Below are positions 8,158-18,400 of a DNA stretch of 64,000 nt, piece after piece; positions within the stretch are counted from its first letter, which is position 1; each line of letters opens with the position of its first letter. Under the pieces are notes generated by a model. It saw only the letters and a list, made by a program, of their open reading frames with translations, searched no databases and was not told where the DNA came from. Source of the DNA: Salinivirgaceae bacterium (lineage in GTDB: Bacteria > Bacteroidota > Bacteroidia > Bacteroidales > SZUA-534). The position numbers and the translations under genes are program-made. The DNA lies in contig JAKSOL010000001.1 of assembly GCA_024405635.1 (NCBI GenBank), positions 64,001-128,000 on the forward strand, given 5' to 3'.

Positions 8158-9675
8158 TTAATTCTGGCCAGTTATCATTTTGTAATTTGTAAGAGCAACA
8201 GCATATTCGCTAAGCGAGTCGGTTAACATGTCGTAAGCTTTTTGTAGCAACATTTGTGCTTGAAGCAAATCGCTTACCGATAACATGCCTGCTCTGTACG
8301 AGTTTCTGTTTATCTCCAAATTCTCTTTTGCTTGCTCAATAGAACGTTGTGCTAATTGCACTTGCAAATATACTTGTTGTAATGAATTATACGACTGTTG
8401 CATCTGAATAATTAGCATTTTATTTAAGTCTTTTTGTGTGTTTTGTGACGATTGTATCTCAAGTTTATGTTTTTTAACATCGTGAGAGGTCGATCCCCAC
8501 AAATCGGAGATTGGAATTGATACGGTTGCATACAACATCCCGAATGTTGTGTTGGCATCAAAAGCCATTTTGTGGTAAACAAGCGAGCCGCCTACAGCCA
8601 CGGTTGGCATTAACTTGCCGCGTTCCATTTTCATTTGTAATTGGCTAGCTTCCACTTTCTTTTCAAGCAATTGGAATTCGGCGCGGTTTTGCAGCGCAGT
8701 CTCATGGTCAACTTTTAGTTGGTCGGGTGTTTGCAAATTGTTTGGCGATAGCATTGCAGTGTCAACCATAAAATCGTCGGTTTCAAGACCAATGTATTGT
8801 GCAAGCACCATTTTCGACAATTCAATTCCGTTTTCGAGTTTGATGCGGCTGTTTTGCAGTTCGTTTTTCTTCAGTTGAACTTGAAGCGAGTCGTTGCGTA
8901 GGCATACTTTTGCTTGCAAAGCTGCATTCACATCTTTCTCAATCGATTGTAGCATTGAGTCGAGTGCGTTAATCGTGTTCATTTTCTGAATCAAGGTAAT
9001 CAGTTGGCAGTAGTAGCGCTCGGTGGTAAGCAAAACCTCGTCGGTGGTTTGTTTCTTTTGAATTTCTTTAACCTCAATAGCCACGTCGGCCAGTTTGTTG
9101 CCGTTGTTTATTTGTCCGCCAGCAAACAAAGGCATCATTGCGTTGAGCGAAGCCATAGGTCCGCCAGTAATGTCGATGCCGTTCATCATTGAGTTTAACA
9201 TTGGCGATAGCATTTCGCTCATGGCCGATCCCATTTGGCTCAACTGAGAGGCTTGTGCCATTAGTTGAGTTAGTTGTTCTTGGTATTGTTGGGCAGCTGC
9301 CAAATCGCCAGCAGCCGCTGCTTGTTGAGCTGCAGCGCCAAGTTGCATAGCTTTGTTGGTCATATCGGCAGTTATTTGCTCTTTAGCCGATGAAATGTTG
9401 CCTTTAATGTCGTCGCCAACTTTGTCGGTGTTGAGCATGTTGTCAGAACTTTTTACATAAGCGGCAACAGCGTTAACGGTTGGAAGTCGTTTGGTAAAAG
9501 CACCTTTTTGGGTTTCTTGTGCGGCCTCAATTTCAAGGTCAGCATTTTTAATCTTCACGTTGTTTTGCAATGCCATTTCGCGGCATTGTTCAAGAGTGAG
9601 TTGTTGTTGGGCGGTAGCGTTGTTGATGTTGGTCAACATTAACGCTACCATTATGATGTAAGAAATTCGTTTCAT
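8158..9675 (-). CDS. TolC family outer membrane efflux protein
   Basis: Signal peptide, LTLEQCREMALQNN, PLFAGG and two helical repeats. Last gene of the RND operon. Confidence 0.92.
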   Translation of the reverse strand: MKRISYIIMVALMLTNINNATAQQQLTLEQCREMALQNNVKIKNADLEIEAAQETQKGAFTKRLPTVNAVAAYVKSSDNMLNTDKVGDDIKGNISSAKEQITADMTNKAMQLGAAAQQAAAAGDLAAAQQYQEQLTQLMAQASQLSQMGSAMSEMLSPMLNSMMNGIDITGGPMASLNAMMPLFAGGQINNGNKLADVAIEVKEIQKKQTTDEVLLTTERYYCQLITLIQKMNTINALDSMLQSIEKDVNAALQAKVCLRNDSLQVQLKKNELQNSRIKLENGIELSKMVLAQYIGLETDDFMVDTAMLSPNNLQTPDQLKVDHETALQNRAEFQLLEKKVEASQLQMKMERGKLMPTVAVGGSLVYHKMAFDANTTFGMLYATVSIPISDLWGSTSHDVKKHKLEIQSSQNTQKDLNKMLIIQMQQSYNSLQQVYLQVQLAQRSIEQAKENLEINRNSYRAGMLSVSDLLQAQMLLQKAYDMLTDSLSEYAVALTNYKMITGQN

Positions 9676-9684
9676 GGTTAAAGT

Positions 9685-12600
9685 TTATTTTTCGTTTTTG
9701 TAACGCACTGCGTAGTAAACTGGCAACACGGTTATTATCAGAACCATTGAAATCATTGTGCCGAAACAAACAACCGTTCCCATTGGGCACCAAAGTTCGC
9801 TGTGGCTAATAATCATTGGTATAACGCCCATTGATGCGGCAGCTGAAGTAAGGAAGATAGGGCGCATACGGCGTTCGGCCGATTTAAGCGCGGCATCTTC
9901 AACGCTCATTTTGTACTTGTGGCGAAGTTCGTTTGTGTAGTCGAACATTATGATGCCGTTACGTACAATGATGCCCATCAGGCTAATTACGCCAAGCACT
10001 GAAGTTATGCTGAAGTCGAGATTCATAACCCAAACTCCAAATGTGGCGCCAAACAAGCAAAGGGCAATAGCACCCAAAATGGTGAGCGACAACGATACTT
10101 GTTGGTAGTGGAACAACAAGATTAAGAAGATGATGGCAACCGATATGGTTAGAGCCAGAATTATTCCTGGAATGGTTTCGTTGTCGTGCTCAATTGCGCC
10201 GCCAATTTCCATGCGAACACCTTCGGGCAGGGTTAGTTTTTGGCATTGAGAACTTATAACTTCGGTTTCGGTATTTACATTGGCATCGCGGCAAACATCG
10301 GCCATTAGCGAGATGCAGCGAACACCGTTGCGGCGAATTACCGTTGAACCTTCCCAACTAGGAGTAAGTTTTGCAATTTGGCGCAATGGTACCGATACAC
10401 CAGGCAAAACACCGCTAACTTGTGTGTTCATTAGTTCGTCGGTGGTTTGTTGTTTGGTTTTCATGTCTTTTAATACCACAGGAACCTCTTTGCCGTCTTC
10501 CCAAATGTTAGTAATGCTCAATCCGTTGCTGAATTTAGTAGCAAGTTGCAACGATAGCAGCGCTTTGTTTACACCGATGCGGTTGGCTTCGTTTTCGTCA
10601 ATATCAACACGAACTGTTGGAATGGCATTGCTAAAGTTTGAGTGAACAAAGCAAAGGTTTGGATTGTTGCGCATCATGTTTAGCACGGTGTCGCCAATGC
10701 TTCGCAAATCGTCAAGGTTGTCGCCGTAAAAGCGAATTTCAACTGGCGAGGTTACTGCGTTGTAGTCCATTTGTTTGAAACGGATTGTGGCCTCAGGAAA
10801 ATACTCGGCATATTTTTCAGCGTACTCGTCAAGCAGTTCAACAGTTGCAGCGTTGTTCACAGTGTTTACAATAAATTGAGCACGGTTGCTGCCTGGCAAA
10901 CTAGGTGCGTAGGTTGTGTGGAAACGAGGCGAACTGCTTCCGTAGAACACTGTGATGGCGGTTACACGATTGTCGGCACGTAAAATCGATTCCATGCTAT
11001 CGGCAACGGCGGCTGTTTGCTCAAGCGAAGTGCCTTCGGGCAAGGTGAATTCAAGAGCAAATTGGTTGCGCTCGGCAATTGGCAACAAGCGTTGTGGTAA
11101 AATGGTGTAGATTAACGCTCCTGCAATAATTGATGCGGCACCGCAGCCAAGTGTAAATGCCTTGTGGCGGAAACACCAACGTATAACAATCTCGTATCCT
11201 TTTTGTACCAAGTCGAGAAACGACACTTTTTTAACCTTTGGCTTGCCTGAGTTTGTTTTAGGTGTTAGTCCGTGACGTATGAAATAGAACTGCATGTAAG
11301 GAACCAAAAACTCGGCCACAAGCAACGACACAAACAAAATTATTGAAATTGCCCATGGAAAGTGAATCAAAAAGTCGAGCATTGGGCCTTCCATTGTAAA
11401 CAACAGAGGGAAGAATGTTACGCTGATGGCCAAAGTTGCATCAATAATTGAGCGTGCAAACTCGCGAGCACTTTGTATTGATGCGTTCCAACGGCTAACA
11501 CCTTCGTCAATCTTTTCAAGATAACTATCGATAATTACAATTGAGTTATCGACCACCATGCCCAATGTTGCCAGCATTGCAGCAAGTGTGGCAGTGTTAA
11601 TTTCGATGCCAAATAGGTAGAACAAACCAATGGCAATGAAAATTGAAATTGGAATGGTTGCTGCAGCTACCGAAGCAACTCGCAATGGTAAAAGCAACAT
11701 AACTACCAGAATAACAGCGCAAATGGCAATTAGCAATTCGCGTAGAAAAGTGTTCACGCTATCGGCAACAACGGTGCTTTGGTCGCAAATGTAGTGCAGC
11801 TTAACATCGTTTGGCAGTTGGTTTTCAAATTCGGTAACCATGTTTTTTACATCGTTGCCAAACTCAACAATGTTGAATCCGTTGCTCATTTCGAGCGACA
11901 ACACAACACACTTGTTTTTGTTGGTTGTAATGTATTCTGATGGGGTAGGAAATTCGCGCACCACAGTAGCAACGTCGCGAACACGAATAACATTTCCAGC
12001 AACATCGGAGTAAATAATTTTTTCGGCAATGTCGTTTATGCTGTTCATCGATTCGTTGATGCGTATTGGCATTGTGTTGTGACCGTTGTCAATGCTTCCG
12101 CTTGTGGTTTTTAGTCCGTCGCCCATCAGCATTGCCGATAGGGTTTGTGGCGAAATACCATAGTCGGTTAGTTTGTCACGGTCAACATAAATGGCAATTT
12201 GCTCTTTTTGCAATCCATAGGTGCGAATGTTTGAAACCGAGTTGATGCTACGTATTTTGTCCGACAACGACTCCAAGTAGTCTTCAAGTTCAGCGTATGT
12301 TTTGCTTTCGCTTTCCATGGCAAGCAAAATAGCCGAAGTGTTACCAAAGTCGTCTTTTGCAAGAAGCGCCAACACACCGCTAGGCATCGACATTTTAGCG
12401 GTTGAAAGTCCGTGTTTAAATTTGCTCCAAAAGGCGTCTTTGTCGTTTACGTTGCCTTTTAGTTCAACAAAAGCAACGCACATTCCGCTCATGCTTTGGG
12501 TGTAGGTTTTCTCTTTGTTTATTTCGGGATATTGCCACATGAACGCCTCAAGTGGTTTAGCAACTTGAGTTTCAACCTCTTCGGCGCTTGCACCGGGATA

Positions 12601-12765
12601 AACAGCAATAACTAAACCTTGGCGAATGGTGATGTTTGGAAACTCGTTTTTAGGCATCACCTTTAGCGAGTAAATGCCAAAGATTACGAGTGCCGATACT
12701 AGCAATATCACTATCTGGCGGTAGTGCATTGCCATTTCAACTAGCGACATTTTGTGTTTTTTCAT
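9685..12765 (-). CDS. RND efflux transporter permease (AcrB/AcrD/AcrF family)
   Basis: 1026 aa with 12-TM pattern, GMVVDNSIV, GIIVRNGII and RRMRPIFLT motifs. Confidence 0.96.
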   Translation of the reverse strand: MKKHKMSLVEMAMHYRQIVILLVSALVIFGIYSLKVMPKNEFPNITIRQGLVIAVYPGASAEEVETQVAKPLEAFMWQYPEINKEKTYTQSMSGMCVAFVELKGNVNDKDAFWSKFKHGLSTAKMSMPSGVLALLAKDDFGNTSAILLAMESESKTYAELEDYLESLSDKIRSINSVSNIRTYGLQKEQIAIYVDRDKLTDYGISPQTLSAMLMGDGLKTTSGSIDNGHNTMPIRINESMNSINDIAEKIIYSDVAGNVIRVRDVATVVREFPTPSEYITTNKNKCVVLSLEMSNGFNIVEFGNDVKNMVTEFENQLPNDVKLHYICDQSTVVADSVNTFLRELLIAICAVILVVMLLLPLRVASVAAATIPISIFIAIGLFYLFGIEINTATLAAMLATLGMVVDNSIVIIDSYLEKIDEGVSRWNASIQSAREFARSIIDATLAISVTFFPLLFTMEGPMLDFLIHFPWAISIILFVSLLVAEFLVPYMQFYFIRHGLTPKTNSGKPKVKKVSFLDLVQKGYEIVIRWCFRHKAFTLGCGAASIIAGALIYTILPQRLLPIAERNQFALEFTLPEGTSLEQTAAVADSMESILRADNRVTAITVFYGSSSPRFHTTYAPSLPGSNRAQFIVNTVNNAATVELLDEYAEKYAEYFPEATIRFKQMDYNAVTSPVEIRFYGDNLDDLRSIGDTVLNMMRNNPNLCFVHSNFSNAIPTVRVDIDENEANRIGVNKALLSLQLATKFSNGLSITNIWEDGKEVPVVLKDMKTKQQTTDELMNTQVSGVLPGVSVPLRQIAKLTPSWEGSTVIRRNGVRCISLMADVCRDANVNTETEVISSQCQKLTLPEGVRMEIGGAIEHDNETIPGIILALTISVAIIFLILLFHYQQVSLSLTILGAIALCLFGATFGVWVMNLDFSITSVLGVISLMGIIVRNGIIMFDYTNELRHKYKMSVEDAALKSAERRMRPIFLTSAAASMGVIPMIISHSELWCPMGTVVCFGTMISMVLIITVLPVYYAVRYKNEK

Positions 12766-13796
12766 AGCGCAGCAATTTTTGAACCCTCACTAATTTTTTG
12801 CGATCCTGAGGTTACCACTTGGTCACCTTCGGCAAGTCCGCTTGTAATAACAACGCCAGATGCAACTGCGTTACCAACTTTTACGGTGCGGCGTTGTGCA
12901 ATTCCGTTGTTCACAACCCAAACGTAGGTTGAGTTGTTTGAGTCGAGTTTAACAGCGCTGTTTGGTACCACAATAATTTGTTGTTGGTTGTTGTTGGTTT
13001 GTAGGTTAACCGAGCAAACCATGCCTGGCATAATGGCGTTGTTGCTGTTTTGCGCGGTGATGCGAACCTCGTAAGTGTGCGACAACAAATTGGCGCTTAT
13101 TCCTTTTTCGGTAACCTTGCCTTCAAAGGTTTGTCCGTCAAGTGCCGAAACGCTGAATGTGGCTTTTTGTCCAATTTGTACTTTCGATATCTCGTTTTCG
13201 GGAACCGAAATTTTTACGTCGATGTTGTCAATTTTAACCAACTTTATTGCACTTGAGGTTGGTAGTGCATAATTGCCAGCGTCGATGTTGCGAGCGGCAA
13301 CTACACCAGCAAAAGGAGCGCGAAGCTCGGTGTTCTTTAAGTTGTTTTGTGCAATGGTTAAAGCGGCTTTTGCGTTTGCTACTTTGGTTTCAATGTCAAC
13401 CATTTTAACCTCAGGAAGCGAGCCTTTGTCGTACATGTCTTTCATGCGTTTGTAACCATCTTCGGCTTGGTTTAAAGTCGATTTGGCAGCGGCAACTGTG
13501 CTTTCAAGCGATTCTTTGTCAAGCACCGCAAGCAGTTGTCCTTGCTTTACACTTTCGCCTGCCGACACGTAAACCTTTTCAACCAAACCGGGTACGGCAA
13601 AGTTCAGTTCCGAACCATACGATTCTTTAACTGTGCCAACGTAAGCTTTTGATTGATTGTTTGTTGTTAGTTGAATGGTTAATACATTAACCGATACAGG
13701 TTTTGTTCCTTTTTCGGTTTGCTCGGCAGAGCCGCAGGCACCCATCAAAATTCCTGTTAGTGCCATTGCTGCTAATGTTTGCAGTTTTGTTTTCAT
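12762..13796 (-). CDS. RND efflux periplasmic adaptor subunit (lipoprotein)
   Basis: Lipobox MGAC, lipoyl halves GESVKQGQLL and LRAPFAG, GLAEGDQVV. Confidence 0.95.
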   Translation of the reverse strand: MKTKLQTLAAMALTGILMGACGSAEQTEKGTKPVSVNVLTIQLTTNNQSKAYVGTVKESYGSELNFAVPGLVEKVYVSAGESVKQGQLLAVLDKESLESTVAAAKSTLNQAEDGYKRMKDMYDKGSLPEVKMVDIETKVANAKAALTIAQNNLKNTELRAPFAGVVAARNIDAGNYALPTSSAIKLVKIDNIDVKISVPENEISKVQIGQKATFSVSALDGQTFEGKVTEKGISANLLSHTYEVRITAQNSNNAIMPGMVCSVNLQTNNNQQQIIVVPNSAVKLDSNNSTYVWVVNNGIAQRRTVKVGNAVASGVVITSGLAEGDQVVTSGSQKISEGSKIAAL

Positions 13797-13980
13797 AGTA
13801 GATTAGTATTATTTGTTCAATATTTTTTTCTGTTTTCAACACTGCAAAGATGTGGTTACCTATTGGGTTGGTTGTAGCCTTTAAGTTGACAGATTTTTCC
13901 TTTTGGTCGAATTATTTAATAAATAATCACTTTTAATTGCCGATATTGACTAAAAAAATCGTCAAATAGTCGGAAAATGA

Positions 13981-13988
13981 TATATTTG
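13981..13988 (+). promoter_or_regulatory. -7 promoter element for the AraC gene
   Basis: tatatttg matches TAnnTTTG. Confidence 0.5.
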
Positions 13989-14035
13989 CATCGGCTTTAT
14001 GCGAAAAAAAGGAAAAAACACAATAACTATTAAAT

Positions 14036-14926
14036 ATGAATTACTCAATTCAAGATGTGTTTCAGCGCTACATTAAAGGCGAAGAATTTAACCTGTTGTT
14101 GCGCAACGATGTGCTAGTGTTTAACGATATGAGCACACTTAAAGTGGTGTATGAATATCCACTGCGGCTCAACGCCATAATAATGATGGCTTGTTGGCAA
14201 GGAACAGTAGAATTTAGTGTAAATGCCGAAAACTACGCAGTTCACACGGGGCAGTTTGCAATAGTAACACCCGATAGTCTTTTGCGCGTAACCCACACCA
14301 GTGCCGATTTTGATGCAATGTTGTTCATAGCATCAGTCGATTATTTAATGGCGCTTAAACTTGAATTGAAAGAATATTTGCCATACTATTTTTCGTTGCA
14401 AGGCGGAGTGGTTATTCCGTTGTGCGACAATTGTTTTAGCCGAATTTGGAAAATATCAAACATACTAATTTCAATTGACGACGAGGAGGGCGACACCTCA
14501 TCGGTGCGTCGCAGTTTGGTAGCAGCATTGGTTGAGTCGTTGCGTTTTGCATTTGACCATCACATGCCAAGTTCGCAAATTCCCGATTCAACAACCGCTC
14601 CCGTTATGCTCAACAATTCGCTAATGAACAAGTTTATTACATTGCTACAAGAGAAACATAATCAGGAGCATAAGGTGATTTATTATGCTGATAAATTGGG
14701 TTTAACTCCAAAGTATTTTTCGCAGGTAATTAGGCAGATGAGCGGCAAAAGTGCTGTTGATTGGATTAACGAATATGTTATTGTTGAGGCACAAAACCGT
14801 TTGCGTTACTCGCAAGCCAGCATTGCCGATATTGCCGACGAATTGGGATTTGCATCGCAAACACAATTTTGCAAAAGCTTTAAGCGACTTTGTGGCTGTA
14901 CGCCAAACGAATACCGTAAAAAATAG
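14036..14926 (+). CDS. AraC family transcriptional regulator, divergent from the RND operon
   Basis: YYADKLGLTPKYFS and IADELGFASQTQFCKSFKRLCGCTPNEYR double HTH. Confidence 0.95.
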   Translation: MNYSIQDVFQRYIKGEEFNLLLRNDVLVFNDMSTLKVVYEYPLRLNAIIMMACWQGTVEFSVNAENYAVHTGQFAIVTPDSLLRVTHTSADFDAMLFIASVDYLMALKLELKEYLPYYFSLQGGVVIPLCDNCFSRIWKISNILISIDDEEGDTSSVRRSLVAALVESLRFAFDHHMPSSQIPDSTTAPVMLNNSLMNKFITLLQEKHNQEHKVIYYADKLGLTPKYFSQVIRQMSGKSAVDWINEYVIVEAQNRLRYSQASIADIADELGFASQTQFCKSFKRLCGCTPNEYRKK

Positions 14927-15043
14927 GTTGATTAAGAGTTTTTAAAACCTCAATAAACCGAGTAAATTCGCGCCATAAATCAGCAAATGCTACAATAGTC
15001 TTGTTGTTGTGGGTATTTGTTTGATATACAAATTATTACGCGC

Positions 15044-15373
15044 ATGTTAACTTGGTTGTATCTTATTATTGCGGCTGTTTTTGAAGTGGGTTGGCCGCTT
15101 GGTTTTCGCTTGGCTGGTACGCATGCCGAGCATTTTTGGTTTTACATTATTATTTCGGCCATTTCAATGGCTTTGAGTGGAATTTTTCTTTATTTGGCAC
15201 AACTTAACATTCCAACAAGCACCGCCTACATCATGTGGACAGGTTGCGGAGCAATATTTACATTCATTATCGGCATATTGTTTTTTGGCGATTCGGCATC
15301 GTTGCTACGAATGTTTTTCTCGTTGCTCATATTGGTAGGCTTAGTTGGGCTTGAATTAGTTGGTAACAAATAA
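15044..15373 (+). CDS. SMR/DMT family small multidrug or guanidinium exporter (SugE/Gdx-like)
   Basis: WLYLIIAAVFEVGW and TAYIMWTGCG motifs; 4 TM segments. Confidence 0.9.
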   Translation: MLTWLYLIIAAVFEVGWPLGFRLAGTHAEHFWFYIIISAISMALSGIFLYLAQLNIPTSTAYIMWTGCGAIFTFIIGILFFGDSASLLRMFFSLLILVGLVGLELVGNK

Positions 15374-15450
15374 TAGATTAATAATCAAATAGATATACTG
15401 CTTTGTTAGGTAAAAACTACCTTTCGGAGTGTTTTATAAAAAACTGAACA

Positions 15451-18400
15451 ATGAAGAAATTTTTTCTATCGGTATTGATGCTAGCAACAATAGGAGTTAG
15501 CGCACAAACGGTATTTTTTCAAGAGGACTTTGAAAACGGAGGTTCGCGTCCCGATGGATGGACCGAGGAATATGTATCAAACGGTAATGAGCATTTGAGT
15601 TGGACTTACCAAAATGGCGGAACAAAACCTGCTGGTGCTTATGCAGAACCAATACCATCAAGTGCGCATGGTGGCAACTACAACGCATTCTTTTATCGTA
15701 GATCGTTGGGATACACGCAAGAAACTTATTTGGTGTCACCAACCATCGACCTTGAGTTTGCGCATAAACCAATGTTGGTGTTTTACTACTCGTTGATGGC
15801 TAGTCAGTTAACTATAGAAGATAAAGCCGATTGCTTTACATTTTCGCTTTGCTATCGCGTGCTCGATGGTACATCGAAAAAGTGGGTTGAGCTGAAAGAA
15901 TACTCTGACATGACAACCGAAATGTACCCATGGCGAGGCGATTCAATTTACTTACCCGACACTCTTTGCAAATACCGTCAAGTTCAAATTGCTTTTTTGG
16001 GAAAAACCAAGGTAATGGGTTTGGGTGTATGCATCGACGATATTAAAATTATTGAAACACAAGTAGTTAATAAATATATTGAGAATGTTTATGCGTCGCA
16101 ACCAAACGTTAATGTAGTGCCAACTGGTTCAAAAGACAACCCAGTGTTGCGTTTGCGATTCCCAGTTATGGGTAACGACAACAAGCTAATGCTGCAAAAA
16201 CTGACAGTTAATGCACTTATGCAAACCAAAGATGCAGTACCTGCCAATGGTGTAAAAATTTATCACACAACAACCGAGTATTTTAGCACCAACACGCTAC
16301 TTGGTACAGCATCAATAGTAAACGGAAAAGCGGTTTTTAACAATATAAACTACGACTTGCCATACGGAAACTCGTATGTGTGGGTTGCTTGCGATGTTAA
16401 GCAAGATAATAATCACGAACTTAAAGGTTACAACATCGACTTTTCGGTTGATGCCAATGCTATAGCAATAAACGGAATAAATTATCCGTCGAGCGAACTG
16501 AACCCTACAGGTCAGCGTACTATTAACGAATCAATTTTGATTAACGACTTTGAGGAATCAATTGCTGGGTGGACTTTCACTGGCGAGTTTGAATGGTCAG
16601 AAGCCAAAGGTTTGGGCAGCGGATCGACAGGAGCAAAAGACCCAAGTTATGCTCATAGTGGCAAAAAAATGATAGGAACCGACATTAGCGGTTTGGGAAC
16701 TTATCCCGGAGACTACGAACTCGGCATTGAAGGTGCTGGGTATAAGGCAGTTACTCCTGAATTGAATTGCTACCACTACAAAGACATCAGTCTTATGTTC
16801 TATCGTTGGTTTAATGTAAGCTTTGGCGATAGCGCAACTATTGACGTGAGCCTTGATAACGGAACCACTTGGAACCCATTGTGGGAAAATGCCGTGTATA
16901 TTTCAGAACGCGATTGGAGTTTCCATAAAATATCGTTGGGCAAATTTGCCGACCGCGCACCAAGCGTAAAACTGCGCTTTACATTAGGACCAACGGGCGA
17001 GCTGATGCACCTTTCGGGTTGGAATATCGACGACGTTGCTGTGGTTGGTACCTTTGTTTATGTTGATGCTGCAGTTACCGCCATCAATTCTCCTATTGAC
17101 GATTGCGGTCTTTCGTCGGCTGAAGAGGTTAGTGTTACCATTAAAAATACAGGTTATAGTAACATAAGTAGCAGTTATAAAGTGAGTTACTCGCTCGATG
17201 GTAAAGATTGGGTAACCGAAACGGTTAATCATCCTCTTGTACGCGACGAGGAGTTTGTTTACACTTTTAGTAAGAAAGCAGATTTTTCGGCACTTGGCAA
17301 CCACAATCTTACAGTTCGTGTAGAATTGCCCGACGACGAGTATGCTAAAAACGACGAAGTAAGTACTGTAATTCGTTCTATTCCATACTTTGAACTCCCT
17401 TATGCTGAAGAATTTGAAGAAAACGATGGCTATTGGCGAAATATAGGCAACAGCACAACTTGGCAATATGGCCGTCCAACGGGCGATAACATATCGTCGG
17501 CATACAAAAGCAACAAATGTTGGTTTACTAAACCTGCCAATGGTTATGAGGCAAACAATGTTGTTTATCTAGAGAGCCCTTGCTTTAATTTTAGCAACGT
17601 GCAACGCCCAATGATGAGTTTTGCAATAACTGGTCATTCAATTGAAAATCAAGATGGTGTGGCAGTTTATTATACTACCGATAACGGTCGTACTTGGACT
17701 TTGCTACCTGCTGGTGTTGAGTACAGCAAACTACATTGGTACAACAAAAGCACTAACATTTCAGCTTTAGGCTCTAGCGGCTTTAGTGGCACATTTGGTT
17801 GGACTTACATTGAGCAACTTTTGCCTGTTGAATTGGCAGGAAAGTCGGCTGTAAAATTCCGAATAATGTTTGCCACCGGTGCAGCAAAAACTACTACCCA
17901 GAAGATAGAAAACGGAGATGGCGAAGAAGACGATGAATACGTTGATGTGATAGTTCCTTACGACGGTTTTGCTATCGATAACTTTAAAGTATTTGAGTGC
18001 CCTGTTGATGCTGGCGTGCTTGCTATTACTTCGCCAACAAGCGATTGCTATTTGAGCAAACAACAACAAATTAGCGTAAGCATTAAAAACTATGGTATTC
18101 GCGCCATTACTCCAGCCGACACGTTGAGCGCTGCTGTTGAATTGGGTAGCAAAGTATTCCATCAAAAATTCTTTGCAAGCACCAATATACCGGTTGGCCA
18201 ATCTGCAACATTTACATTCGACACCACATTCAACATGTACGACAAAAAGACATATAACATTGTGGCTTACACCGAATTGTATGGCGACACATTGCTATTC
18301 AGCACAATAAATAACGACCAAGCTACAGCTCAAGTTTCGGTACTTGGCGAACCTGCCTACACTTTAGGTCCCGATATTGGTACACTTGATCCAGCAACTT

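Noticed and set aside
14927-15043. Guanidine riboswitch upstream of the SMR exporter
   Set aside because: No ykkC, mini-ykkC (ACGR loops) or ykkC-III pattern is visible; the spacer is AT-rich with only a weak hairpin.
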